Assembly: GCA_016195665.1 (NCBI GenBank) | Contig: JACPZD010000024.1 | Span: 99,130-163,129, forward strand | DNA length: 64,000 bases | From: Gammaproteobacteria bacterium | Lineage (GTDB): Bacteria; Pseudomonadota; Gammaproteobacteria; SURF-13 | Reading direction: 5' to 3' | In this document: piece by piece, positions 55,701 through 64,000 of the stretch | Position numbering within the stretch: position 1 is the first letter of the stretch | How the letters are laid out: each line of letters starts with the position of its first letter | Made by a program: the position numbers and the translations under genes | The notes under the pieces: generated by a model | Database searches by the model: none | The model's input: only the letters and a program-made list of their open reading frames with translations | What the model was told of the DNA's origin: nothing

Positions 55701-55830
55701 AAATGATGGATTTTGCTTCAAGACAAGGCGCAGCGCCGTCGAGCAGCGCAGCATACACGCCAGTATGTGAGCAGCGGAGACAAGCTGCAACGCAGTATTG
55801 GAGCAAAAGACGCGTTTTTAGAGGCGCCCT
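55688..55830. mobile_element. 143-bp spacer bounded by perfect 16-bp inverted repeats AGGGCGCCTCTAAAAA / TTTTTAGAGGCGCCCT (MITE- or attenuator-like)
   Basis: Left arm 55688..55703 includes the rhodanese stop codon (ggg cgc ctc TAA). Right arm 55815..55830 is its exact reverse complement. 111 bp enclosed. Confidence 0.7.
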
Positions 55831-55836
55831 AAGTAG

Positions 55837-56094
55837 ATGATCGTTATCTACAGCACCTCCGCGTGCCCCTATTGCGTGCGCGCGAAGCGTTTTTTGGATG
55901 CCAAGGGCGTGAGTTACACCGATCTGCGCGTGGATCTCGACCCCGCATTACGGCAACAAATGGAACATAAAAGTCAGCGGCGCAGCGTTCCGCAGATCTT
56001 TATCGGCGACCACCACGTGGGCGGTTTTGATGACATGTGGCGTCTCGAACAGAGCGGTAAGCTGGACACCCTGCTCGGCGGAATCTACCCATGA
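55837..56094 (+). CDS. grxC: glutaredoxin 3
   Basis: 85 aa, CPYC active site (IYSTSACPYCVRAK). Confidence 0.9.
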   Translation: MIVIYSTSACPYCVRAKRFLDAKGVSYTDLRVDLDPALRQQMEHKSQRRSVPQIFIGDHHVGGFDDMWRLEQSGKLDTLLGGIYP

Positions 56095-56115
56095 ACCTGC
56101 GGCTGAAGGCCGCAC

Positions 56116-56151
56116 GGACTCCCTTCTCCCGCTTGCGGGAGAAGGGAGTCC
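56116..56151 (+). promoter_or_regulatory. perfect 16-bp-stem hairpin downstream of grxC
   Basis: GGACTCCCTTCTCCCG-cttg-CGGGAGAAGGGAGTCC. Confidence 0.6.
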
Positions 56152-56165
56152 GAAGAGCCGGATGA

Positions 56166-56243
56166 GGGAGAGACCGTCCGGTTCATGGGCACAATCCGCG
56201 ATACTGGGGTGGCGGGCGGTCTCTCCCGCCTAACCGTTTTTTT
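56166..56243 (+). terminator. 11-bp stem (GGGAGAGACCG / CGGTCTCTCCC) with long loop, followed by a T7 run; candidate intrinsic terminator or attenuator between grxC and secB
   Basis: Stem arms at 56166..56176 and 56217..56227, then GCCTAACCGTTTTTTT. Confidence 0.45.
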
Positions 56244-56277
56244 AGAAGTACCTTTAACCGACAACAGGAAATAACAC

Positions 56278-56757
56278 ATGGCGGAAACACAGGAACAGCA
56301 ACAGCCGGGCGCGGGCTCGCCCGGTATTCAATTGAGCATACAGAAGATCTATGTCAAAGATCTTTCCTTCGAGACCCCCAACTCCCCACAGATATTTTTG
56401 GAAAGCTGGGCGCCGGAGATCAACGTTCAGTTGCGCAGTGCCGCGGCGCCGCAGAGTGAGGGCGTCTATGAAGTAATCCTAACCATTGTCGTCACCGCCA
56501 AACAGGGTGACCGCACGGCCTATCTCGCGGAGGTACATCAGGCGGGAATTTTCAACATCGCCGGCGGCAACGAGGCTGACCTCGGACCCGTGCTGGGCAG
56601 TCTCTGCCCCAGCGTGTTGTTTCCATTCGCGCGCGAGGTGGTGGCGGGGCTGGTCGCCAAGGGCGGATTCCCGCAATTTCTGCTCTCGCCGGTGAATTTC
56701 GATGCGCTCTATATGCACACCCGCTCAAAGGCAGGACAAGGCGAGGTGTTGCAATAA
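56278..56757 (+). CDS. secB: protein-export chaperone SecB
   Basis: 159 aa; IQKIYVKDLSFETPNSPQIF... SecB signature. Confidence 0.9.
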   Translation: MAETQEQQQPGAGSPGIQLSIQKIYVKDLSFETPNSPQIFLESWAPEINVQLRSAAAPQSEGVYEVILTIVVTAKQGDRTAYLAEVHQAGIFNIAGGNEADLGPVLGSLCPSVLFPFAREVVAGLVAKGGFPQFLLSPVNFDALYMHTRSKAGQGEVLQ

Positions 56758-57761
56758 CACCTCCGGCTAAACCGATAGTAGTCTTCGGCGCAGGCTCTTG
56801 GGGGACCGCGCTCGCTATCCTGCTCTCCCGTAATGACGCGCCGGTGACATTGTGGGGCCGCGATGTAAAGCACATCGCCGAGTTGGCCGAGGTGCGCTGT
56901 AATAAAAAATTCCTCCCCGGCATCGCTTTCCCTGCCGCACTTAAGGTTACGGCCAACGTCGCACTGGCGATGGAGGGCTGTGAGGATTGCCTGGTGGCGG
57001 TGCCGAGTCACGCCTTCCGCGAAACGTTAACGCGCCTCACTCCTCGTTTGAAACCGCATATGCGCATCGCCTGGGCGACCAAAGGGCTGGAACCGGAATC
57101 GGGAAAGCTGCTGCATGAAGTGGCCGAAGAAATAGTGGGAACACGCCCCACCGCGGTCATCTCCGGTCCTACCTTCGCGCGCGAAGTGGCGGCGGGCTTA
57201 CCCACCGCGGTCACCGTAGCCTCCGCCAGCCCGCAGTTCGCCGCCGATCTTGCCTCACACCTGCATAGTGATACGTTTCGCGCCTACACCTCGGATGATG
57301 TGATCGGCGTTGAAGTGGGTGGGGCAGTCAAAAATGTGCTCGCCCTCGCCGCAGGCATCGCGGACGGTCTGGGCTTCGGCGCCAACACCCGTGCTGCGCT
57401 CATTACGCGGGGCCTCGCCGAGATGATGCGCCTGGGCGTAGCGCTCGGCGGCAAGCGCGAAACCTTCATGGGCCTCGCCGGATTGGGTGATCTCGTGCTC
57501 ACCTGCACCGACGACCAGTCACGCAACCGCCGCCTGGGCCTCACACTCGCACACGGCACGCCGCTGGCTGAAGGCTTGCGCGAGATCGGCCAAATCGTAG
57601 AAGGCGTCCCCACCGCGCGCGAAGTCATGCGCCTGGCGAAAGCGCGCGGAGTCGAAATGCCCATCAGCGAACAGGTGTGTTGCGTGCTGCGCGAAGGCAA
57701 AAACCCACGCGCAGCCGTGCAGTCATTACTCCAGCGAGAACAAAAAGCGGAAACGATGTAG
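56757..57761 (+). CDS. gpsA: NAD(P)H-dependent glycerol-3-phosphate dehydrogenase; 5' end unresolved (no ATG/GTG/TTG upstream of the Rossmann motif)
   Basis: The Rossmann motif PIVVFGAGSWGTALAILL lies upstream of the listed GTG 56844, in the same frame, which is open back to the secB stop. The rest matches GpsA (GGAVKNVLALAAG, NRRLG). Confidence 0.85.
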   Translation, partial: TPPAKPIVVFGAGSWGTALAILLSRNDAPVTLWGRDVKHIAELAEVRCNKKFLPGIAFPAALKVTANVALAMEGCEDCLVAVPSHAFRETLTRLTPRLKPHMRIAWATKGLEPESGKLLHEVAEEIVGTRPTAVISGPTFAREVAAGLPTAVTVASASPQFAADLASHLHSDTFRAYTSDDVIGVEVGGAVKNVLALAAGIADGLGFGANTRAALITRGLAEMMRLGVALGGKRETFMGLAGLGDLVLTCTDDQSRNRRLGLTLAHGTPLAEGLREIGQIVEGVPTAREVMRLAKARGVEMPISEQVCCVLREGKNPRAAVQSLLQREQKAETM

Positions 57762-57865
57762 GTCGGATCAAGCGTAGCGGATCCGACATTTCATTTAATG
57801 ATGCGTCGGCACCGCAAAGTCAGGGTAGGGTGGGCACGTTTTTTATGCCCACGCGTTGACATTGG

Positions 57866-57970
57866 CTAACGCTTGCTCTCCTTCTTAGTCTTCTTCGCTG
57901 CTCTTTTTTCTTTCATGGTCTTGGTCGGTTGTTTCTTGGTTTGTTTCTTACTGTCCATGCTTTTACTCAT
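57866..57970 (-). CDS. possible small basic protein (34 aa) with strong Shine-Dalgarno
   Basis: AGGAGCGAAAACC-ATG then MSKSMDSKKQTKKQPTKTMKEKRAAKKTKKESKR; lies in an AT-rich spacer and is not in the ORF track. Confidence 0.3.
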   Translation of the reverse strand: MSKSMDSKKQTKKQPTKTMKEKRAAKKTKKESKR

Positions 57971-58394
57971 GGTTTTCGCTCCTTATTATCCAAGTTTATG
58001 AAGAGTAGTAGGCCGGCTCAAGGCATGGCCAGAGCCGACAAACGCCCTTTATATTATCAGTGTCGAATCTGCTACGCTTGATTTAAGCGCGTAGACTGGA
58101 TGGAATGAAATGAAACCCAGGATAATTTTCAAAATTCCACTTTGTCACACCCAGGGTACTTACTGGTACGATTGAACTTCGTTACTTAGGAGGGTACGAT
58201 AACCTTATGCAGCAGAGGCTATGCTCACGCAAGAAACGCGGGCCACCTAGCCCAGTTGTTGTAGGCGCCTGTAGGTGACACCATGAACGCAACGAGTAAC
58301 CCACCCAACGACGACATACCGGATGAGATTGACTTCTCAGGAGGCGTGCGGGGAAAATTCTACCGGCCGGGCGCCAAGCTCAACACACTTCTTT

Positions 58395-59426
58395 ATGAGA
58401 ATGAAACCCGAACAGCTCACAGGGCACTTGCAGCGCACGCTGGCGCCGGTCTATCTGGTGTCCGGCGACGAGCCCCTCCAGGTGGATGAGTCGTGCGCGG
58501 CCGTCCGCGCGGCGGCGCACGCCCAAGGTTACACGGAACGTGAAGTGCTGACGGCGGGCAAGGACTTTGACTGGAACACATTGTGGCAGGCCGCGCACAG
58601 CCTGTCGCTGTTCGCCAAACGGCGTCTGATCGAACTGCGGTTGCCTACCGGCAAGCCCGGTGACACGGGTAGCGGCGCACTGGTGGAGTATGCGAGCCGC
58701 CCGCCCGCCGATACGTTGTTGTTGGTCATCACTGCTAAGCTCGACGCACAGACGCAAAAGGGTAAGTGGTTCGGCGCCCTGGAGCAGGCGGGCGTGGTGA
58801 TACAAATCTGGCCGGTCGAGGCAAAGGCCCTGCCCGGCTGGATCGGCAGGCGCCTCGCCGCACGAGGCATGCAGGCGAGTCCCGAGGTGTGCGGCCTGCT
58901 GGCCGAGCGCGCGGAGGGCAACCTGCTCGCCGCCGTGCAGGACATCGAGAAGTTGTACCTGCTCTATGGCGCAGGCAAACTGGACATGGAGCAGGCCGCG
59001 GCCGCGGTGGCCGACAGCGCACGTTTTGATATTTATGATCTGGTGGACGCCGCGGCGAGCGGCGATGTGACGCGCGCCTCGCGAATCGTGAACGGCCTGC
59101 GTGATGAAGGGGTTGAGCCGGTGCTGGTGTTGTGGGCGCTGGCGCGCGAGTTGCGCAGCCTTGCGGGTATGGCGTACGAGAGCGAGCACGGCGCGCGCGT
59201 CGAGCAGATCTACGCCAAGTATAAAATCTGGGAAAAGCGCAAACCCATTGCGCATCGCGCCTTGCAGCGTCACAAGACGCGCGTTTGGCACGAGCTGTTG
59301 CGGCGCGCCGCCCGCGCCGACCGCGTCATCAAGGGCTTTGCCCCGGGCGATGCCTGGGACGAGCTGTCGGCGTTGAGCCTGGCGATGGCTGGCGCACCCA
59401 ACAATTTGCAGGTAGAGTTGCAATAA
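58395..59426 (+). CDS. holA: DNA polymerase III delta subunit
   Basis: [32 protein letters not shown] parallels E. coli HolA; immediately followed by proA and nadD. Start could be 58401. Confidence 0.85.
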   Translation: MRMKPEQLTGHLQRTLAPVYLVSGDEPLQVDESCAAVRAAAHAQGYTEREVLTAGKDFDWNTLWQAAHSLSLFAKRRLIELRLPTGKPGDTGSGALVEYASRPPADTLLLVITAKLDAQTQKGKWFGALEQAGVVIQIWPVEAKALPGWIGRRLAARGMQASPEVCGLLAERAEGNLLAAVQDIEKLYLLYGAGKLDMEQAAAAVADSARFDIYDLVDAAASGDVTRASRIVNGLRDEGVEPVLVLWALARELRSLAGMAYESEHGARVEQIYAKYKIWEKRKPIAHRALQRHKTRVWHELLRRAARADRVIKGFAPGDAWDELSALSLAMAGAPNNLQVELQ

Positions 59427-60682
59427 TGGACATCAAAAAGTACATGCATGACGTTGGGCAGCGTGCGCGGCGCGCGGCGCGCACGCTGAGCAAGGCCGGC
59501 ACAGAGGCAAAAAACACCGCCCTGCTCGCGGCGGCCGAGGCCGTCGAGCGGGATGAGGCCGCACTGCTTGCGGCCAACAAAAAGGACATGGACGCCGCCC
59601 GCCAGGCCGGTCTCGACGCCGCCATGCTGGATCGCCTGGAGTTGAACGAGGTGCGCGTGAAGAGCATGGCCGAAGGACTGCGCCAGATCGCGGCCTTGCC
59701 CGATCCGGTCGGTGAAATCACCGATCTCAAATACCGCCCGGCCGGTTTTCAGGTCGGCAAGATGCGCGTGCCGCTCGGTGTGATCGGCATCATTTACGAG
59801 TCGCGTCCCAATGTCACGGCCGACGCCGCGGGACTGTGCCTCAAGGCGGGCAATGCCGCCATCCTGCGCGGCGGCTCCGAGGCGCTGCATTCCAATCAAG
59901 CCATCGCCGCCTGCATCCACGCGGGGCTCAAACGCGCCGGCTTGCCGGAGGATGCCGTACAGGTCATCGAGACCAGCGACCGTGCCGCAGTCGGCGAGTT
60001 GATCCGCATGAAGCAGTACGTGGACGTGATCGTGCCGCGCGGCGGAAAGGGCCTGATCGAGCGCGTCAGCAAGGAGGCCACGGTGCCGGTGCTGAAACAC
60101 CTGGATGGCGTCTGCCATGTGTACATAGACGACAAGGCCGATGTCGAGAAGGCCGTCAAGGTCGCCTACAACGCCAAGACCCAGCGTTACGGCACCTGCA
60201 ATACCATGGAAACGCTATTGATCGCCAAGGATATCGCCCCGCGCGTGTTGCCACGACTCGCCAAGATGTATCAAGAGGCCGGTGTGGAACTGCGCGGCGA
60301 CGAGGCGACGCGCGCGTTGGCCCCTGACGCAAAGGCCGCGACCGAAGAAGATTGGAACACCGAATATCTCGCGCCGATACTCGCGGTGCGCGTGGTGAAC
60401 AATATTGACGAGGCCATCGAGCATATCGAGCAGCACGGATCGCAACACACCGACGCCATAGTCACCGAGGATTTTTCTCACGCGCAGCGTTTTCTGCGCG
60501 AAGTGGATTCCAGTTCAGTGATGGTGAACGCCTCCACCCGGCTCGCCGACGGTTTCGAATACGGCTTGGGCGCGGAGATCGGTATCAGCACCGATAAACT
60601 GCACGCGCGCGGCCCGGTGGGGCTGGAGGGGCTGACCACGCAAAAATTCATCGTACTTGGCGAAGGGCATGTTAGAAAATAG
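59426..60682 (+). CDS. proA: gamma-glutamyl phosphate reductase
   Basis: Start [21 protein letters not shown]. The ATG shares its A with the holA TAA stop. Catalytic Cys region [10 protein letters not shown]. Confidence 0.95.
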   Translation: MDIKKYMHDVGQRARRAARTLSKAGTEAKNTALLAAAEAVERDEAALLAANKKDMDAARQAGLDAAMLDRLELNEVRVKSMAEGLRQIAALPDPVGEITDLKYRPAGFQVGKMRVPLGVIGIIYESRPNVTADAAGLCLKAGNAAILRGGSEALHSNQAIAACIHAGLKRAGLPEDAVQVIETSDRAAVGELIRMKQYVDVIVPRGGKGLIERVSKEATVPVLKHLDGVCHVYIDDKADVEKAVKVAYNAKTQRYGTCNTMETLLIAKDIAPRVLPRLAKMYQEAGVELRGDEATRALAPDAKAATEEDWNTEYLAPILAVRVVNNIDEAIEHIEQHGSQHTDAIVTEDFSHAQRFLREVDSSSVMVNASTRLADGFEYGLGAEIGISTDKLHARGPVGLEGLTTQKFIVLGEGHVRK

Positions 60683-60787
60683 GTTCAAGATACAAGATAC
60701 AAGATACAAGTTAACCCCGTATTTTCCGGAGGGGGATGGCAAGGTTGCCTCCATCTTGTATCTTGTATCTTGTATCTTGTATCTGCC
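60683..60787. repeat. family-C heptamer-array hairpin (4x CAAGATA ... 4x TCTTGTA) with an inner GC-rich hairpin
   Basis: GGTTCAAGATACAAGATACAAGATACAAGTTAACCCCGTATTTTCCGGAGGGGGATGGCAAGGTTGCCTCCATCTTGTATCTTGTATCTTGTATCTTGTATCTGCC between proA and nadD. Confidence 0.85.
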
Positions 60788-60793
60788 TCTCAA

Positions 60794-61456
60794 ATGATCG
60801 GCATTTTAGGCGGCAGCTTTGACCCCATCCATTTCGGCCACCTGCGCCTCGCCGTGGAAGTGTACCAGGCCCTGAAACTCAGCGAATTGCGCCTAATCCC
60901 CACCGGTCAACCGCCGCACCGCAGCCCGCCCATTGCAAGCGCCGGACAACGATTGAGCATGGTCAAGGCCGCCATCAAGGGCGTGCCTGGCCTGCGCGTG
61001 GATGACCGCGAGCTGCGGCGCAGCGGCCCTTCCTATACGGTGGACACGCTGCTGTCGCTGCGCGCCGAACTCGGCGCCATGCCGCTCTGTCTCATCGTGG
61101 GCATGGATGCGTTTTTGAAGCTCAACACCTGGCATCGCTGGCAAGAGCTTCCGGGGTTTGCCCACATCGTGGCCGCGCACCGCCCCGGTTGGACGGGCGA
61201 ACCGGCGGATGAGATCAGACAGTTGCTCGCGGAGCGGCGGGTGGATGATCCAAAACGGCTCACAACATCCGGCGCCGGTTGTATTTTTCTCTGCCCCATC
61301 ACCCAACTGGACATCTCCTCATCGCAGATCCGCCGGCTGACTGCGGAGAGCAACAGCGCGAGTTTTCTGTTGCCGGAGTCCGTGCTGAAAATCATCAAGG
61401 CCGAGAACCTGTATTCAACTGTTCACAAGGAGAACCGATGCGACTCGATCGCTTGA
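60794..61456 (+). CDS. nadD: nicotinate-nucleotide adenylyltransferase
   Basis: [20 protein letters not shown] (HxGH motif), SSSQIRR motif. Confidence 0.9.
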   Translation: MIGILGGSFDPIHFGHLRLAVEVYQALKLSELRLIPTGQPPHRSPPIASAGQRLSMVKAAIKGVPGLRVDDRELRRSGPSYTVDTLLSLRAELGAMPLCLIVGMDAFLKLNTWHRWQELPGFAHIVAAHRPGWTGEPADEIRQLLAERRVDDPKRLTTSGAGCIFLCPITQLDISSSQIRRLTAESNSASFLLPESVLKIIKAENLYSTVHKENRCDSIA

Positions 61457-61923
61457 AGAAATTGGTGATAGACGCCCTGGAGGACCTCAAGGCGCAGGAT
61501 ATCAAAGTACTCGACGTGCGTGGCCTAAGCAATGTCACCGATCTCATGATCGTCGCGAGCGGAACCTCGGATCGCCAGGTCAAGGCCATCGCCTATCACG
61601 TCGTTGAAAAGGCAAAGAAAAAAGGTCTGCCGCCGCTCGGCGTGGAAGGCGAGCAGGCCGGCGAGTGGGCGCTGGTGGATCTCGGCGATGCGGTGGTGCA
61701 TATCATGCTTCCCCAGACGCGCGATTTCTATAATTTGGAAAAACTCTGGGGTGATGCTGCAATAGAGGAAGGCGCTGGTTCCGTGAAAAAAGAAATCCCG
61801 AAAAAGAGCGCGAAATCCGCCGCCAAAAGCGGCGTGACTAAGCCCAAAAAATTCGCGTCTGCAAAAACCACAGGCAAGCGCCGGGCGCCTGCCGTCAAGC
61901 GGGCTCGCAGCACGGGAACCTGA
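61438..61923 (+). CDS. rsfS: ribosome silencing factor RsfS with a Lys/Ala-rich C-terminal extension
   Basis: Core [27 protein letters not shown]...[10 protein letters not shown] is RsfS/YbeB. The roughly 55-aa tail [22 protein letters not shown]... is atypical. Confidence 0.85.
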   Translation: MRLDRLKKLVIDALEDLKAQDIKVLDVRGLSNVTDLMIVASGTSDRQVKAIAYHVVEKAKKKGLPPLGVEGEQAGEWALVDLGDAVVHIMLPQTRDFYNLEKLWGDAAIEEGAGSVKKEIPKKSAKSAAKSGVTKPKKFASAKTTGKRRAPAVKRARSTGT

Positions 61924-61958
61924 CGCTGCGCATTCATCTCATCGCGGTCGGCGAGCGT

Positions 61959-62393
61959 ATGCCCGATTGGGTGAAATCGGGCTATGACGAATACGTCAAG
62001 CGGCTGCCGCGCGAGAGCCGCCTGCAACTTGTAGAGATCCCCGCAGGCAAGCGCGGCAAGGGCGCCAACCTGGCGCGGGCAATCCAGGATGAAGGCGAAC
62101 GCATGCTCGCCGCTCTACCCAAAGAGGCCCATGTGATCGCCCTCGATATGCGCGGCAAACAGTGGGACACCCCGCAGCTCGCCCAACGGCTTAAAGATTG
62201 GCTGCAAGACGGCCGTGATGTCGCTTTGCTCACCGGCGGCCCGGATGGCTTGGCCGAAAGTTGTCTCAAGCGCGCGGATCATCTGTGGTCGCTTTCAAAG
62301 CTCACCCTGCCCCATCCGCTGGTGCGCATTGTGGTCGCCGAACAGTTGTATCGCGCATGGAGCTTGCTTACGGGTCACCCCTATCATCGCTGA
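61959..62393 (+). CDS. rlmH: 23S rRNA (pseudouridine1915-N3)-methyltransferase; true start probably upstream (around 61920-61926, non-ATG)
   Basis: From ATG 61959 the protein begins [17 protein letters not shown]. The conserved LIAVG N-terminal segment ([12 protein letters not shown]) is encoded in frame just upstream without a canonical start. Confidence 0.85.
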   Translation: MPDWVKSGYDEYVKRLPRESRLQLVEIPAGKRGKGANLARAIQDEGERMLAALPKEAHVIALDMRGKQWDTPQLAQRLKDWLQDGRDVALLTGGPDGLAESCLKRADHLWSLSKLTLPHPLVRIVVAEQLYRAWSLLTGHPYHR

Positions 62394-62406
62394 ACATGAG
62401 GTGTCC

Positions 62407-62982
62407 ATGACGCCCCACATCTACCTCGCCTCCTCTTCGCCACGCCGGCAAGCATTGTTGGAGCAGATCGGTGTCCGCTATCATGTAGCAGAGATTTCCG
62501 TGGATGAGACCTGGGACGGGCGGGAGCCGCCGGAGGAGTATGTGCAACGGCTTTCCTTGCTTAAGGCGCGCGCGGCACGGCGGATTGTCGCGGACAAGGC
62601 GTTGCCTGTGCTGGCGGCCGATACGGCAGTGGTGCTGGACAGCCGAATCCTGGGCAAGCCCAAGGATCGTCGGGATGCGCTTAGCATGCTGGAGCGTCTC
62701 TCCGGGCGCCGCCATCACGTGTTGACGGCAGTGGCGCTGGTCAATGAACAGGAGGCGGTACGCATCAGTATCAGCACGGTCACCTTCGCGGCCACCACGC
62801 CCGCGCAACGGGCGGCCTATGCCGCCAGCGGCGAGGCGGATGACAAGGCCGGCGCCTATGCTATTCAAGGCCGCGCGGCGGCCTTTATTGAACGGATGGA
62901 AGGCAGTTATTCCGGCGTTGTGGGTCTACCTTTGTTTGAAACGGCGGAACTATTGCGCGATTGTGGTATCGAGGTGCTGTAA
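62407..62982 (+). CDS. maf: Maf-family nucleoside triphosphate pyrophosphatase
   Basis: [23 protein letters not shown]... Maf signature. Confidence 0.85.
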   Translation: MTPHIYLASSSPRRQALLEQIGVRYHVAEISVDETWDGREPPEEYVQRLSLLKARAARRIVADKALPVLAADTAVVLDSRILGKPKDRRDALSMLERLSGRRHHVLTAVALVNEQEAVRISISTVTFAATTPAQRAAYAASGEADDKAGAYAIQGRAAAFIERMEGSYSGVVGLPLFETAELLRDCGIEVL

Positions 62983-64000
62983 ATGGGCATGGAAATATTA
63001 ATTAACATCACCCCGCACGAGACCCGCGTGGCCGTGGTCGAGAACGGTGTATTGCAGGACGTGTTTATCGAGCGCGTCCACAAGCGCGGACTGGTGGGTA
63101 ATATTTACAAAGGCCGGGTGGCCCGCGTGCTGCCCGGGATGCAGGCGGCGTTCGTGGAGATCGGCTTGGATCGCGCCGCATTTCTGCACGCCTCCGACAT
63201 CCTGCTGGCCGCGAAGGGCGGCGAGGAGGGTAAAATCCGCACCCCGCCCGAAGGCATCAGTGAGCTGCTGACCGAAGGCCAGGAGATTCTGGTGCAGGTC
63301 GTCAAGGACCCGCTGGGCACGAAAGGCGCGCGGCTCACCATGCAGATCGCCATCCCCTCGCGCTACGTGGTGTTCGTCCCCTACACTCAGCACATCGGCG
63401 TCTCCCACCGGCTGGAGGATATGGCGGAGCGGCAGCGCCTCAAGGACATCGTGAACGCCTTTGTGCCGCAGGAGGGCGGCGGCGGTTACATCCTGCGCAC
63501 CGCGGCCGAAGGCATCAGCGAGGAGGAACTGCGCGCCGACATGGATTTTCTGCACAAGCTGTGGCAGTCGGTCGAGGAGCGCGCGCGCAGCGAACCGCCG
63601 GAGACGCTGATATATGAGGACCTGCCGCTGGTGCTGCGCACCTTGCGCGACCTGGTGCGCGCCGAGATCGAAAAGCTGCGCATAGATTCACGCGAAACCT
63701 GCCAAAAGGTGATCACCTTCGCCGAAAAGTTCATGCCGGAGATGGTGTCTCGCATCGAACACTATCCCGGCGAGCGGCCGATCTTCGATCTCTACGGCGT
63801 CGAAGATGAAATACAAAAGGCCCTGGAACGCAGGGTGCCGCTCAAATCCGGCGGCTATCTGATTATAGATCAGACCGAGGCGATGACCACTGTTGACGTC
63901 AACACCGGCGCCTTTGTCGGCCATCGCAATCTCGAAGAGACCATTTTCAAAACCAACCTCGAGGCGACCTACGCCATCGCCCGGCAACTGCGGCTGCGCA
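62983..64000 (+). CDS. rng: ribonuclease G, N-terminal roughly 339 aa; continues past the window end
   Basis: MGMEILINITPHETRVAVVENGVLQDVFIERVHKRGLVGNIYKGRV... (S1 domain) in an open frame to position 64000. Absent from the ORF track because there is no in-window stop. Confidence 0.85.
   Translation, partial: MGMEILINITPHETRVAVVENGVLQDVFIERVHKRGLVGNIYKGRVARVLPGMQAAFVEIGLDRAAFLHASDILLAAKGGEEGKIRTPPEGISELLTEGQEILVQVVKDPLGTKGARLTMQIAIPSRYVVFVPYTQHIGVSHRLEDMAERQRLKDIVNAFVPQEGGGGYILRTAAEGISEEELRADMDFLHKLWQSVEERARSEPPETLIYEDLPLVLRTLRDLVRAEIEKLRIDSRETCQKVITFAEKFMPEMVSRIEHYPGERPIFDLYGVEDEIQKALERRVPLKSGGYLIIDQTEAMTTVDVNTGAFVGHRNLEETIFKTNLEATYAIARQLRLR

Overview
This 64 kb window is a high-GC (roughly 60-65%) proteobacterial chromosomal core, most likely gammaproteobacterial judging from Pseudomonas/E. 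coli-like gene order, and it is densely coding on both strands.

Recognisable blocks, in order:
- F1F0 ATP synthase operon on the minus strand (atpD truncated at the window start, then atpG, A, H, F, E, B, I plus an AtpZ-like gene)
- NodIJ/YadGH-like ABC-2 exporter, a thioredoxin-like 2Fe-2S ferredoxin, coq7, speD, VOC and OsmC genes
- trpC, trpD, trpG, trpE, gph, rpe cluster
- two c-di-GMP signalling modules: CHASE histidine kinase + REC + REC-PAS-GGDEF-EAL, and a periplasmic-binding-protein + membrane GGDEF-EAL pair
- moaE, moaD, moaC; a CDF transporter; typA; a VIT transporter
- xseB-ispA-dxs and queD-folE2
- retropepsin-like protease / HxlR / secreted truncated haemoglobin / GATase1
- cspA, lptM, lysA, hslVU, DUF971-ubiE-ubiJ-ubiB
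- a low-GC orphan membrane protein and two small membrane proteins
- sulP, a DJ-1 family gene, ctpA, envC, gpmI
- rhodanese-grxC-secB-gpsA
- holA-proA-nadD-rsfS-rlmH-maf-rng (rng runs off the window end)

No rRNA, tRNA, CRISPR array, transposase or integrase gene was seen.

What stands out is the non-coding and micro-repeat layer. There are at least five distinct families of small palindromic (REP/MITE-like) repeats in intergenic spacers, and a 138-bp tandem duplication across the hslU/DUF971 junction.

The most striking observation is a near-identical 51-nt element inserted in-frame, same orientation and same reading frame, into three unrelated housekeeping genes (trpE, lysA, gpmI). In each it adds the peptide D[A/V]QG[H/S]TSVAGGR[M/T]PGAT.
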